A DNA stretch of 64,000 nucleotides from Spizellomyces punctatus DAOM BR117 (Eukaryota), in assembly GCA_000182565.2 (NCBI GenBank), contig KQ257453.1, one strand, 5' to 3'. The position numbers and the translations under genes are program-made. Of the stretch, positions 24,183-36,700 are shown piece after piece. How positions within the stretch are numbered: the first letter of the stretch is position 1; each line of letters begins with the position of its first letter. The notes beneath the pieces are model-generated. The model ran no database searches. It was given only the letters and a program-made list of their open reading frames with translations, and was not told the origin of the DNA.

Positions 24183-25692
24183 ATCACGGCCAACAAAAGT
24201 ACGTTTTTTTTTCCCGTTTATTCCCTAGTATGATTGGCACAGTGGGCGTCATTTCTATCATAAAGACTTTTATGAGTAGACTCGGGCAACTGATTCCGTC
24301 ATGTCCTTTCAAACATCAAAACCATCAAACATGCCGCGCAATGGAGTTGTCGTGCGGAAATCATTAAGCGCAGAAAAGTAATGAAATGGTTCATATTTGG
24401 TCATGTCATATCTATGAATTGAGGACCCCACCCACTTGATCATAAAGCAATTAGCTTTCTGGTGACGGGCATTGTCGCATACAACAAAGTAGGCAGCCCG
24501 ATATCCTCGCTTTATCGTCGATTCAATTTCCAAAAGTCCACCCCTGAGGCTCCAAAATGTCCATCTACGTCTGCAACGTCCCATAGAGAATGTTTGTAAA
24601 GTAGCCATCTCGGGCAGTTTCTAGGGGTGCCCCTTTGTTATGCAGCTAATGGCGTAAGGGTGCCGCCAAGAGGTGGCTAAAAGTGGAGATAAAAGTCTAC
24701 ATCCATAATTGCCACCTTTCAGTGCCCGTTCGTAACCTTCACCAATAGATGGGCTTTTTGCATCCAGGTTGTCGACTCTGGTAGGTGTAATGCCTGGAAC
24801 GGGTTACTGGTTTGAAACTTTTGTGTATCCAACACTCACACTAGTGAAACCACCACCCAATGTTTACTTTACGACGACTGGGTGGCCGTCCATATCTTGC
24901 ATCTTGTCCAGCTGAGTGAATACCCGTCCAGCTAGTCCAAACACAAGAACCACAGACTGTTTATGAAAGGAACGTATCGGAACTCAAAAACATCAACAAA
25001 AAAACAAACAAAAATTAAGTTGGAGAAACCAAGATGTAAAAATTTTGTGGCAAAAGCCTCGCCAGACCCAGGAACCAGGCACACGCTTTTCGGAGTGATG
25101 AGAGGCGCGGTAAGTTACAGAATTCGGGTCTTAATTTCCGACGAGGGATGCGCCCCAATTATTTACGATGGTAAGGTACTTTCAACAGAAAGTATGATCA
25201 ATGCAAAAGTAGTCAGAAAAGTAAATCCTATCGTCGTCCTACAGGATAATAAGGATTAAAGCACGAATGAGCAATCTCCCATTGCACGCCTCTGGGAAGT
25301 ATCCTTTGTCGTATATTTCCTAACTACAAGGTAGCCCATATGTTTGATGAAAAAAAAAAAAAAAAAGATCCCGTATACAAAGGATCGATCCCCAAAAAAT
25401 TCCCCAGTTGAACGTGTCCGATATGAGACATAGCAGGAGACTCTGCTACATGGGGCTGGGACTAGGCGCATGTTTCATTCTTGCTCAGAGGTATTCCAAA
25501 AATGACAATGACCACGCCCACACAAACACATACCAACAAAGCATTTTTTTCACTTGGAAGGTATCTGCCGCTTTCTTCTTTCTCTTCCTTTTCTTCCGTC
25601 CTGACGACCAGTTACTTTTTAATTTGAAGAGTTTTTGCATTTCTTAACTCACCACCGCCAAGGAGTTGCCTTTTGACACGATCATCCACAGA

Positions 25693-27818
25693 ATGGCTAC
25701 GTTGCTGATAACTTCGTTACTCCTCTTTCTATTGCGTTGCACGCAGGCTGCCGATTTGAACCTTGGAATTCCGCGGGCAGGCTTCGTTATTATCCCATAT
25801 TCAGATAAATTCGTTGCTTTTGGAGGATCACGGAGTATACTCATCACCAGTGAGTCTCGAGATAGATTTAAAGACCGCCAGAGTAAAACTCGAGCTAAAC
25901 TCATCCTGTTCTATGCTATTAGATAATGCCAGTATTCTCCAGAATGACGCTGTTCTCGCGGGCACTGGTACAGTTGTCAACTATAAAGGCTGGACGGTTT
26001 CCCAGACCATTCTGCTTCAAAATCAGCCGCTGTTGACTTTTTCCTCCTCATGCGCCCCGTACGGAAATTCTACGATGCTTTGCTCCGGTTAGTTACAGTG
26101 GATTCTACTAGTTATACAGTTGTCTAACAACACCGTAACTGTTTTACAGGGGGATTGGATCACGATCATTATTGGTCCAATACGTTTAACTTGACGGTAT
26201 ACAATACTTCAAACTTGGCTGCAATGGATATAACTCAGTACCCAATGCCAATAATTCCGACACGTTGGGATCATGGCTCTGTGATTTTGGAAAACAAACT
26301 GTACATTTTTGGTGGACGAGGGCCTGTCAACGTTACGCAACCACCCAGTAAGAGATAAGTGATGCCTTTTCAGTCTACAATAGTAAAGCTGACATTTCTC
26401 GTATCAGTTGTTGAATTTGACGACCATTATGTGATCGACTTGGCTGCGGCCCCCTACGGCGCAACAAAGATTGTGTCCACGAAAACACCTGGTCCCCGAA
26501 CGGGCTTCTGTATGGCAGCGCTGAATTCCACAGCCTATGTCTTGTACGGTGGATATCGCGAAACATCGGCAAAGTCATACTACGATGATACGTGGATTTA
26601 TCAACCCTCAACCGGATGGGTTGATGTGACGTCCCGGACACAGGGAAATCCTTCGCGACGTGTCAGCCCTGCCTGTACTACTCTGAACGGCCGTGTTTAC
26701 ATGTTTGGTGGATGGGGACCGAGTGTCAGTGGCATGAACGACGTCTGGGTCTTTGATGCTGAAATGTTGCGATGGTGGCAACTCTCAGCCGATTCCCCGA
26801 AATTGACAGGTGGTCGGCCGCAAGGACGCTACTACTGTAGAATGCATGGTGTTGGAAAACATCTCCTTATTACCGGTGGATTACGTCTGGCGCCGGCTGG
26901 TAGTGGCGTCGCGGACGACTCTGCTCTCTACATTTTCGATACTGTGGCAAATAAATGGGTGGAGAAGGTATCCGATATAGCAGATGTTACCGCCGGCACA
27001 GCTCCTCCCCCAAATAGTGTTCCTACATGGGCGATGGACGTAGGATCCCGAAAGGCCCAGACAGTAGGCATTGTACTCGGTGTGCTTGGTGGGTTGGCCC
27101 TTATAACTGGCGGAGCTTATTGGTATCTAGTGTATCGACGCAACAAATCGAACGATGGCGCTTTTACCGTTGGTCCCATGCAGTATGCCCGTAAGGATGA
27201 CCTTGGTCCCAGGGCTTTGTTGCGATCCCTTTCTGGATCGTCTCGGTCTACAGGATCTACTACATTCTCTGGGTCCTCTCGGGGCTCCAACGGTCCTGGC
27301 TCCCCAGTACCTCCTGCCCGTACGCTATCGCTACAATCAACCCAATCACGCACGACTAGCAGGCATAGTTCTGGATCAGCGACACAGCTACCTGAACCTG
27401 TCCTTGCCACACGTGCTGTAAATCCCGTCATTGTCAACCGATTCGAGTTTCCAATCAGCCCGCCTGCCTATGAATCGTTGGTGGGCTCGAGCGGTCTGAT
27501 GCTTCCAGAACTCTCTGCTGGCAAGAGTAGCGAAGACGATGCGGCAACAAAACTGAAAGGGCTTCCGCACGTTGGAAGCACATACTTTAAGCCAGGAATA
27601 CATCAAGAAAACCTCTCAGGAGACGAAATTGTTATTGCACCCGGAGATACAGTCTATGTCCGGTATGTTTCCGCTGCTTTCACTTGTATCTTTGATATTT
27701 ATACTTAAACGTTTTTCCATAAAGGGAACTTTATGCTGATGGTTGGGCCTGCGGCTGGAACGCAACCAGTCAAAAAGACGGCTACTTCCCTTACAAATGC
27801 GTTAAAGGGACCTCATAG
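25693..27818 (+). CDS. Type I membrane protein: signal peptide, Kelch repeats, TM helix, Ser-rich tail, C-terminal SH3
   Basis: Signal MATLLITSLLLFLL. Kelch GG motifs KLYIFGGRG, YVLYGGY, VYMFGGWG, LLITGG. TM VGIVLGVLGGLALITGGAYWYLV. SH3 DEIVIAPGDTVYV..YADGWACGWNATSQKDGYFPYKCV. Confidence 0.88.
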
Positions 27819-28064
27819 ACCTTGACTTCACCTTTTGAATTGTGCTTGGTCTTGGTCGAGCACTACATATTATATTTGTATATATTATCCGGAGCGCCTT
27901 CCATTGTATTTTGTCAAAGCATGTAAATGTAAATGACATGTATTCGATCACTGTTCAACTTGAAACTATTCGATCGCTGATTTTGATCGACGATAATAAG
28001 AGTTTAGGCCATATAGGCTGTCAATAATTTACATTACACTGATGGCATATCACATAACAAAAAG

Positions 28065-28136
28065 GCCTTCTTAGCATAGTGGTAGTGCGTCTGCCTCGTA
28101 AGCAGAAGGTCGCGTGTTCGATCCACGCAGGAGGCA
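28065..28136 (+). tRNA. tRNA-Thr(CGT)
   Basis: GCCTTCT...AGGAGGC-A cloverleaf with anticodon arm TCTGC-CTCGTAA-GCAGA and T loop TTCGATC. Confidence 0.95.
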
Positions 28137-28720
28137 TAAGGGGGATGATTTGTTGTCATTTTTTGACATTAATTTTCATTTGGGGTTTCCTGCAGCCCGC
28201 CAAATGTTAGCGGCACGCAACACGCCAGCCACTAGCAGCCAGTCGAGCAGCCATGGCAAGCTCTTCGTGTTCTATTCGTCTATTTGTAAGATTGCCTCGT
28301 GCACCGACAAATTCCACGTCATCTGAAACCCCATTGCATTGGGAGACAAAAAGCGGCCGTATTTGGTTATTTGCTGTGGGGGAGCTGACACGTGGCTCAG
28401 CTGAGGCTTTTCTCTTTCTCTAAAAGTCAAGTCATTAAACCCGATAAGATTAGATTACCACTGCGCCCATCCATTATGTTTGCTGATGACGTTTTGCGAC
28501 TTTCCCAATTGCTGGACACAACGAAAAGTGTTTGGGAATTTGTGCGGAGAAACTGAGGGGCTTTAAAGTGTGGTTACTTTCTGATGGGTTGTGCTGCAAG
28601 GGTTTTGTTGTGCTTGCAGAGGCGTTTTTATTATAAAGCCAGGCTTTGGAACACTTTCCCCCGTCGGACCTTGTTGTTGACCCAGGATCCATCTGGGTAG
28701 CGAAGCTGACTTTTGAACAA

Positions 28721-31354
28721 ATGCTTACGCACATTACCGATTACAATCATCTCATGCCTGTGCTATCGAAACAGACCCGCTCTGACAGCGGTATAGCGGA
28801 TAATATCCCCATTGTCGACTTGCGAGGTGCGACTCCCTCGTCCAACACGGGGTCCAACCTTCAATCGTCCATTATTCAGTCCCTTTCCAACAAGAATGTA
28901 GTGTTTCGGCACAAGGGTGTTGATACACTGGTGCGATCCATTCCTACCATGGTGCTGTATGATGACAAGGGATTGGAGATTTTTGATCAAATCACCTATG
29001 TGGAGGATTATTATCTGACTGAGGCTGAGATTGACGTGTTGAGAAGTCACGCTGAGGAATGCGTGAGCAAAATCGTACAGGATGGAAGCGTGCTTGTGGA
29101 GTTGGGCTGTGGGTGAGTCAAGGTGCCATGCTGAGGCACGTGGTTTGATGCTGACGTGTTCCTACCCAGATCAATGCGCAAGACAAAGTACATTCTTTCA
29201 GCGATTGAGCGGCAAAAAAAGCGGAATGTCACGTATTATGCTGTTGATCTCTCAGAGTCGTCCTTGCGTGAATCGCTTGGTCCGTTGACTCTGGCGTTTT
29301 CCACAATCAATTTTGTTGGGCTGCTTGGCTGCTACGAAGACTCTATCCAATATATTCGGGACACGATCCCGTCATCAACACCAAAGACATACCTCTGGCT
29401 GGGATCATCTATTGGAAATCTCAACCGGACCGAGGCTGCCGCCTTTTTGAGACACATTTGTGACGATGGCATGCAAATCGGCGACACGTTCCTTTGCGGG
29501 ATTGATCGCCGAAATGAACCACAAAAGATTGCTTTGGCGTATAATGACACGAAAGGTGTAACAAGAGAGTTTATTCTCAACGGCTTGGATCATGTGAATG
29601 CAATTTTCGGTGCACATGTCTTTGACCGATCGGCATTTGAGTATGTCTCCATTTACAATCAAGTGGAGGGACGGCATGAAGCGTACTATCGCTCATTGAA
29701 GCAGCAGGCGATCGGCTTGCGAGATAACAGCGCCAGCAATTTCACTGTCAATTTGGAGGAGGGCGAGCTGATCAACGTAGAGTACAGCTACAAGTACGCG
29801 CGGGAGGAGGTCGATGAGTTGGTGGAACAAGCGAGATTCTACAATGTTGGCAAATGGACAGATGCAAAAGAAATGTACGATTTGCACTTGTTCCAGAAGC
29901 CTCCGTTCTTTTTTGAACAGCATGTTCTCGATGCGCCTTTGGTTCCCACCACTCTGGAGTGGGAGGAACTCTGGAAAGCCTGGGATACCGTCACATTGAC
30001 AATGATCCCGTCAAGTGCACACCATCTTCGTCCCATCGCTCTTCGACATCCGTACATATTCTATTTGGGTCACATCCCAGCGTTCCTCGACATTCAACTG
30101 ACGCGCGCCCTCAACACGAACTTTACACCGCCGGAACACTATCCTCGCATCTTTGAACGTGGGATTGACCCGGATATGGATGATCCCACTATTTGTCATC
30201 CTCATTCTGAAGTCCCCAATGAGTGGCCACCCGTGGAAGAAATTCATGCCTACAAGGAGCGAGTAAGGGAGAGATTGCGAGGTCTTTTACAAAAGATCGA
30301 AAAGGGAGAGAAATTAGACAAAAGGGTCCTCCGTGTCATATGGATGTGTTACGAGCATGAGGCGATGCATTTGGAGGTGAGTTACCATGAGGCGGATTTG
30401 AAGATGAATAATGCTGATGGTGTGGTACTCTTAGACATTGCTGTACATGCTGGTCCAAGCGCCAACAACCCTCCCTCCACTTCATTTTCTTTCACCGATT
30501 ATAAGCACTTCCGCATCTCACAAACCCAAGCAACCGGCACGGATGCTATCGTTTACAGAACCTGATACCATTCAGACCGGTATTTACGATCCCGAAAGTC
30601 AAGACAAGGACGACTCCACACCGTTGCCGTCAGTCTTTGGTTGGGACAATGAGAAACCTGTTCGGAGTTACAGTGTCAAGCCTTTTGAGATTCAGAACCG
30701 AATGGTCACCACTGCCGAGTGGATCGAGTTCCTTGATAGTATGGACTGGGCCGAAGATCTTATTCCAGCCAGCTGGGGTATTGCGGAGCCTGTTAACCCT
30801 GATCGCCCCATCTATTGCACCAAAACGCCGTTTGGTCTCATTCCAACCGATCGGACTCCACACTACCCGGTCGCGGTCTCCAACGACCAAGCTCTTAAAT
30901 ACGCCAACATTAAAGGAATGCGTCTTCCCACCGAGGTAGAACTCCGCTATCTTCGCCTCAAAGAGATGAGCACTCATAAGCTGCGGGGCAATTACGGATT
31001 CCGGTCGTGGGTTGCAAAGGGTGTGGAAGAGGGCCAAGACGGCCCCGTCATTGGGGATTTATGGGAATGGACAGGGACGCTGTTTGATCGCAGCGAGGAG
31101 GATGGATACATTAAAAGCGAAGTGTATCCAGGATACTCTAGTGACTTTTTGTAAGTCCTATTGGTTTTTCAACTGTTGCAAAATGTTTCTCTAACCGGGG
31201 AATTCAACTTTGTAGCGACGGGAAGCATAATATCCTATTGGGCGGCTCATGGGCCACTGTGCCGCGCATTGCCGAGCGCGAGAGTTTTGTCAACTGGTAC
31301 CAGAGGGGATATCCCTATGTGTTTGCTGGCTTCCGGTTGGCGAGGAGTTTGTAA
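28721..31354 (+). CDS. egt1: Ergothioneine biosynthesis protein 1 (histidine N-methyltransferase fused to DinB/FGE-type sulfoxide synthase)
   Basis: EgtD part: IPTMVLYDDKGLEIFDQIT..YYLTEAE, LVELGCG, LWLGSSIGNL, AYNDTKGVTREFILNGL. EgtB part: LRHPYIFYLGHIPAF, FERGIDPDMDDPTICHPHSEVP, HEAMHLE, FGWDNEKP, LWEWT, YPGYSSDF, NWYQRGYPY. Three introns. Confidence 0.95.
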
Positions 31355-32047
31355 ATTGTAGATGCGGGGTGTACAGGATAACTTTCACATTGGACACTAT
31401 TGTTTTTCAATATGACATTCTTTCCAACTATCTGATTTGTAGAAATGTTTAAGCAACTTTTGGCAATGATGAAAAACGCAGCGAAATGCAAAAGTAGAAC
31501 GTTCTACCGCGCCCAAGACCTGCGCCTGCCCCTTCACCAGTCTCCTAAAGGATTGCCCTCCATGGAACACACAGCGTATCCATAACGCATGCTCTTTTGC
31601 TTTCCTTTCACTATTCATGGGGGCGATCTTTTTGGGATCCATGAGACGCGATGGCGCAGTTACGACAGGCATGGGTGTGGCACAGTAACTGACAATCAGA
31701 CACCTTTTTTTGTCTTCACTTTCCCACGTTGTGGAACGAGTTACAGGAACGTTTGGTAAAACTGGTTCCATCAAACTTTCTGCCTCAACCCCCTTTTTAC
31801 ATACGGCCATTTCTCATCAATTTTGATGCCGTATCGCAAAAAAAAACTAATGGAGTGCAACCGTCTGGGGTGGGAAAAAAAAGTTGAAACTGTCGTCGGC
31901 AAAGTAAGCGATGGAGAAATTCGCCAAGTTTTTTTTTTCCCACAGCCCAAAAGATGGCTTGACTGCTGCAGATGCCAAGGTTTATAAAGGTCAAGGGTTA
32001 GAATCTCCCCTCCAGATTGTGTTTGACCTCCCATCCTTCTTCTCAAC

Positions 32048-33003
32048 ATGTCATCCAAAATTGCCATCTTTGGAGCTCTGCTCGCTTGCCATGCTGCCGT
32101 CACTAGCGCCCACTTGATGATTTCAAATCCCGCTGTTTGGGGAGGACGATCTGATGAGTTGGAAAACCCATTGCAACCCGGGAATGAAAACTGGTTCTGC
32201 CACGGTCAATCTCGAGAGTCGGCAAAGGGCCAAGTTGAAGTAAAGGCAGGAGGATCTGTCACTTTCCCCGTTCTTTGTGCCGCAGCTTCAAACAATCCTG
32301 GAGATGCAGCCAACATTTGCGGGAACGACCCGAATTCCTGGCACAATGGAGGCGGATGTGCCTTGTCCATTGCGTACAAAAAGGATGGAGTCAAACCAGA
32401 TGATTTTGTCATGTTTTCTTCGAATCACGATTGCCCTACGCGAAACTTTGGATCTATTGACTTTAAAGTCCCCGCCAACCTTCCTGCGTGCGACGATTGC
32501 GTCTGCTCTTGGACGTGGATCCCACAAACCGCTGCAGACGAAATGGTAAGTGTGCATCAATCTGACGTTTTTGTGTGCACATTATCCCGAATAACTCATC
32601 GTCAACTTTTTTTCTGCAGTACATGAATTGCTTCAACTGCAAAGTGCTCAGTGACACCAATGGCACCGTCACTAGCGGTACCTACCTCAAGGACCATTAT
32701 TTCGCCGTCCCGGGCTATGAATCCAAAGGTGGTGCCCGCCCCCTCTACAAGAACGTCCTTCCCAACGGTGAACTCAAAATTCAAGTAGCGACACCACCCG
32801 CGAGCGCCAATTTCCAATCCAACACGACCACCACGGTAGCCACTGTAAAGCCTTCCTCTACTTCTGCTGCCGTCGCTACAGGTCAAGCCACTTTTACGCC
32901 GGCCCCCACCCCAGAAATTAAGAGCGCTGGTCTCGTTTCATTTTCCCCCGTTGCATGGGGTTTGCTTCCTGTCGTGGCCATCTCCTCCTTACTCTTCTTC
33001 TAA
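32048..33003 (+). CDS. Secreted, probably GPI-anchored lytic polysaccharide monooxygenase-like protein (AA14-like)
   Basis: Signal peptide ends AVTSA followed by His1. Second His in SWHNGGGCALSIAY. Then VKPDDFVMFSSNHDC, FKVPANLPACDDCVCSWTWIP, EM/YMNCFNCKV, an S/T-rich linker and a hydrophobic C-terminus. One intron ~32546-32619. Confidence 0.75.
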
Positions 33004-33230
33004 ACGTAGATTCTAGACCCAGATATATACAATACATAGATAGTCTTGCACTGCTGGCCAGCAAGACTGCACAAAAAATACAATCTCTAAATATAAATTA
33101 GATTAGCTACTACTGCTTCCCGCTTAAAAACTTGGTTGCTGAAAATGTGTTGGAAAATTAATTGCAGAAATTTACAGGGAGAAATTGGATCATAATATAA
33201 AGATATGAGCCGTAGTGAAGTGTTCAGCCG

Positions 33231-33302
33231 GCCTGCTTAGCATAGTGGTAGTGCGTCTGCCTCGTAAGCAGAAGGTCGCGTGTTCGATCCACGCAGCAGG
33301 CA
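33231..33302 (+). tRNA. tRNA-Thr(CGT), second copy
   Basis: Identical to 28065-28136 except at acceptor pair 5:68 (GCCTGCT/AGCAGGC). Confidence 0.95.
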
Positions 33303-33332
33303 TTCGTTTATGAGTGCACTTACTTTTGTTAA

Positions 33333-33775
33333 CTCGTTGCATGCGGAAACAAAGTGTAGAGTGTCCAATTACTTTACAGCGCTCAATACGAGGAATAAAC
33401 GACCAGCTTCAAGATGGTTGTTTACTGGTTGTTGGGTATATCTTCCAAGTGAAAGGAGGTTACGCTCTTAACTGAACTCGCACGGCTACTTCGTCGTTGC
33501 CGCACAATAATTCCCTATTGCTCGATGGTTTTCCTGCCAACATGGTTGACCTTCACATTCATTTGTATTCGTTACATGTTGAGGCAAAGTTTAGAATTGT
33601 TGATTTATTTTACAGTGCTCAATACAAGGAATACAGCGACCAGCTTCAAGATGGCTATTTAATGATTGTTGGGTATATCTTCCAAGTGAAGGGATGTTAC
33701 GCTTTTAACTGAACTCGCACGACTACTTCGTCGTTGCCGCACAACACTTTCCCATTGCTCGATAGTTTTCCTAGT
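33333..33775. repeat. Tandem direct duplication, period ~237 bp, covering the last exon and 3' flank of the histidine kinase gene
   Basis: 33333-33537 aligns with 33569-33775. Shared strings include CGACCAGCTTCAAGATGG, TTGTTGGGTATATCTTCCAAGTGAA and TTAACTGAACTCGCACG. Confidence 0.9.
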
Positions 33776-36700
33776 ACCAAATTTGTGGGTGAGATTTTCT
33801 GTAATATATTCACAAATCATAGGTTACTTACTCGAGGATATCTCGAGAAGCAGGTTTCAAAAGGTAACCGTCTGCACCCGCTTGCATACATTGTACATAG
33901 TCTTCGTGGAGCTGTAATGAGGATTAAGCAACGGGCAATGTTAGTCAGCTACCAACCCTCAAGCAGAAAGTCCATGACAGATGCGCTCGTCGGTCGTATT
34001 GTCCCGAGTAAAGCAAGTTACATACCGCGTTGGCTGTCATGGTAATCACAATGGGTCGAACCTTATCCGGGTACAGCTCCATAATCGCTCTCGTGGCAGT
34101 TAACCCATCCATAACGGGCATACAAACATCCATAAAGATAATGTCCACCAGAGTTCCTTTTTGATAGCACTCGGCTAGCATGTCGAGGCACATTTGGCCG
34201 TCGTGCGCGACGAGTGGGACTTCTCCGGTGATTCGGGAGAGGAGTTTGGCAACGGCTTTCTGATTAATTAGATTGTCTGTGTCGATGGAAAGATTATGAG
34301 TATATATGTGTGATGGTTATGCTCATTTTTTAACCTTTCACGTCCCTACCTTCGACGAGCATAATTTTACTTTTCCATTGTTGACCGTTGGGATGGAGGA
34401 GTTGCACATCTGGTATGGTCCTCTGAGCTTTTGATCGCCGGGCTGTTGCGTGTCCAACCGGTGCTGGTCCTAATTGTAGCAAGATGTGGGATAATTCATC
34501 TTGCAGCCTTTTCGTCTTTATCGGATCTGTTACTGCTATGACTTTCTCCGGAATAAGCCGATGTCGTATTGTTTCCATCTTTTCCCTTGACACGACAATG
34601 ACCACAGGCATCTTTTCGGAAATTTTACATAATGCTTCATCATTTTCTTTCTGTTCAAGGTCGACATCTAGAATCACCGCAGCGAGGCCACCCTGTTCTA
34701 CTAATTGGATCGCTGTCGGAAGATGCATAGTGTCGACTGGGATACCTCCGATGGCTTCTACAGCAGCATGGACGACCTCATATGTTCGATCCCATGCGCT
34801 CACAATCAATATACGCTTGTTATCAATTCGAAGGGGTGAGATCATGGGCGGTCCATCGTCGAATCCTGTCATATCGGCCAGGAACACGGCGGTAAAGTAA
34901 AAGGTTGATCCTTTGCCGATTTCAGATATAATACCGACATCCCCGTTCATCATATTAACCAGCTGGCGGACAATGGATAAACCTAGCCCTGTTCCACCAT
35001 AATGACGACTCGTACTCGCTTCAGCCTGCGCAAACTCTTTGAATAGTTTTCCTTGGTTTTCTTTGGATATTCCGATGCCGGTGTCTGTCAGGAGGAATCT
35101 TAGGGCCACTTGACCTTGCCCATCCGTTGTAGGCGAACCAGTATATTCGGCATCCCTCTCTACTCGTAGGAACACAGATCCTTTTTGTGTGAATCTGCAG
35201 AAAATTGACAAACGTTACAATTGAACAACCCCATTCAGGCGTGATGTGCTATGAGACTTACTTGACGGCATTGGTAAATAGGTTAATAATGATTTGCCTC
35301 AATCTCAACGGGTCGCCTTTCACCAATGGATTAATGGTCGGATCCACGTATCCACCGACCCGAAGCCCCTTTTTATGGGCTTGAGGTGCCATTAGATCTA
35401 ACACATCTTCGATCTGTGTGGCCAAGTTGAACGGTATCGTTTCTAGATGCATTTCTCCGGCTTCCAGTTTTGCCAAGTCTGAAGAAAGGTTTATATTAGC
35501 AAGTGGCGAGCATCGCAATGGTATCTCCAGCTAATACCAACCAAGAATGCTGTTGATCAGCGACAGCAGGTTATCATTGGAGGTTCGGATAGTTTGCAGC
35601 AAATCCAGTTGCTCTGCCGACAAATCCATCTCCAACAATAGATTGATCATCGTAAAGGTCGCAGCTAATGGGTTCCTAATCTCGTGTCCAACCTGCCGCA
35701 CCCATGAACTCTTGTGCTGAGACTCAATCTCCGCTTGTTTTTGCAGTGATATATCTTGGAAGACGCCGATAACCCGTTTTGGTGTGTGATCTCTTGCTTT
35801 TGGTTTCACTAAAAGTGATCTCAATGCAATATATCGGAGCCTCTGGTTGTCAGCGAGAGGACCAGGGGTGACTCGGAAAGTGATATCAATGGGTGATTTT
35901 TGACGCTGTGCAAAAGCCTTGGCGACGGCTTGTTGATCTTCCGGAGCGACCACCTGCAACCAGGTTGTAGGATCATCTTCGAGTTCCATGGCAGATATGC
36001 CAAAGAGCTTAACAAAGGCAGCTGACATGTGTACCCATTTTTCAGGCAACACACCAGCATCGTCATTTGGTGGGGGACTCAGAAGGGAGCTATATTCACC
36101 CGGGGGGAGGATCTCGAGGATAAAGAAGGCATCCTGCGTTGTATCCGTCACCTGTCGAAATTTGTCCTCGCTAGCGCGGAGACTTGCTTCAGCACGTTCA
36201 AGTGCTTCCACCTTGTCTGCCAAGTCCTGATTAATTCCCTTCAGATTGATCTCTTTTTCGACCAGCGTAGATACAAGTGAATTTAAGGAATATGACAGCC
36301 GGGCGATTTCATCATTTCCGTGGACAACGGGAATTTGCGGCATCGCCGATCGTTTACGGATATTATCAGCGGCCCGAGAGATGGCCAGTAGTGGCGCCGT
36401 TGTGATGTGAGCAACGGTGTAGGAAGCTCCCACAAGGATAATGGCAAAGCCAAGATGAGCTAGTCCTAAAATCAACACCAGGCGATTTGGTGCCGCGAAT
36501 GCAGTCGCTGTTGATTGTCGAACGAGGATGCTCCAGTTCATATTTATGCCTTCGATACCGCTGCATTGGCTGAATCCTGTGAGATACTGAACGCCTGATG
36601 GCCATCGCTCTACTCTCCATCCGGTGTGGCCAGCTCTGGCTAACATCAACGCAGAGTCGGGAGATTGTGAAATCCTGTAGATGGCAAAAATTCAGACAAT

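Noticed and set aside
24061-24183. N-terminus MEVAGLDPAAFRMQSGRSTT of ORF 23779-24183
   Set aside because: It is the antisense translation of tRNA-Ala(TGC).
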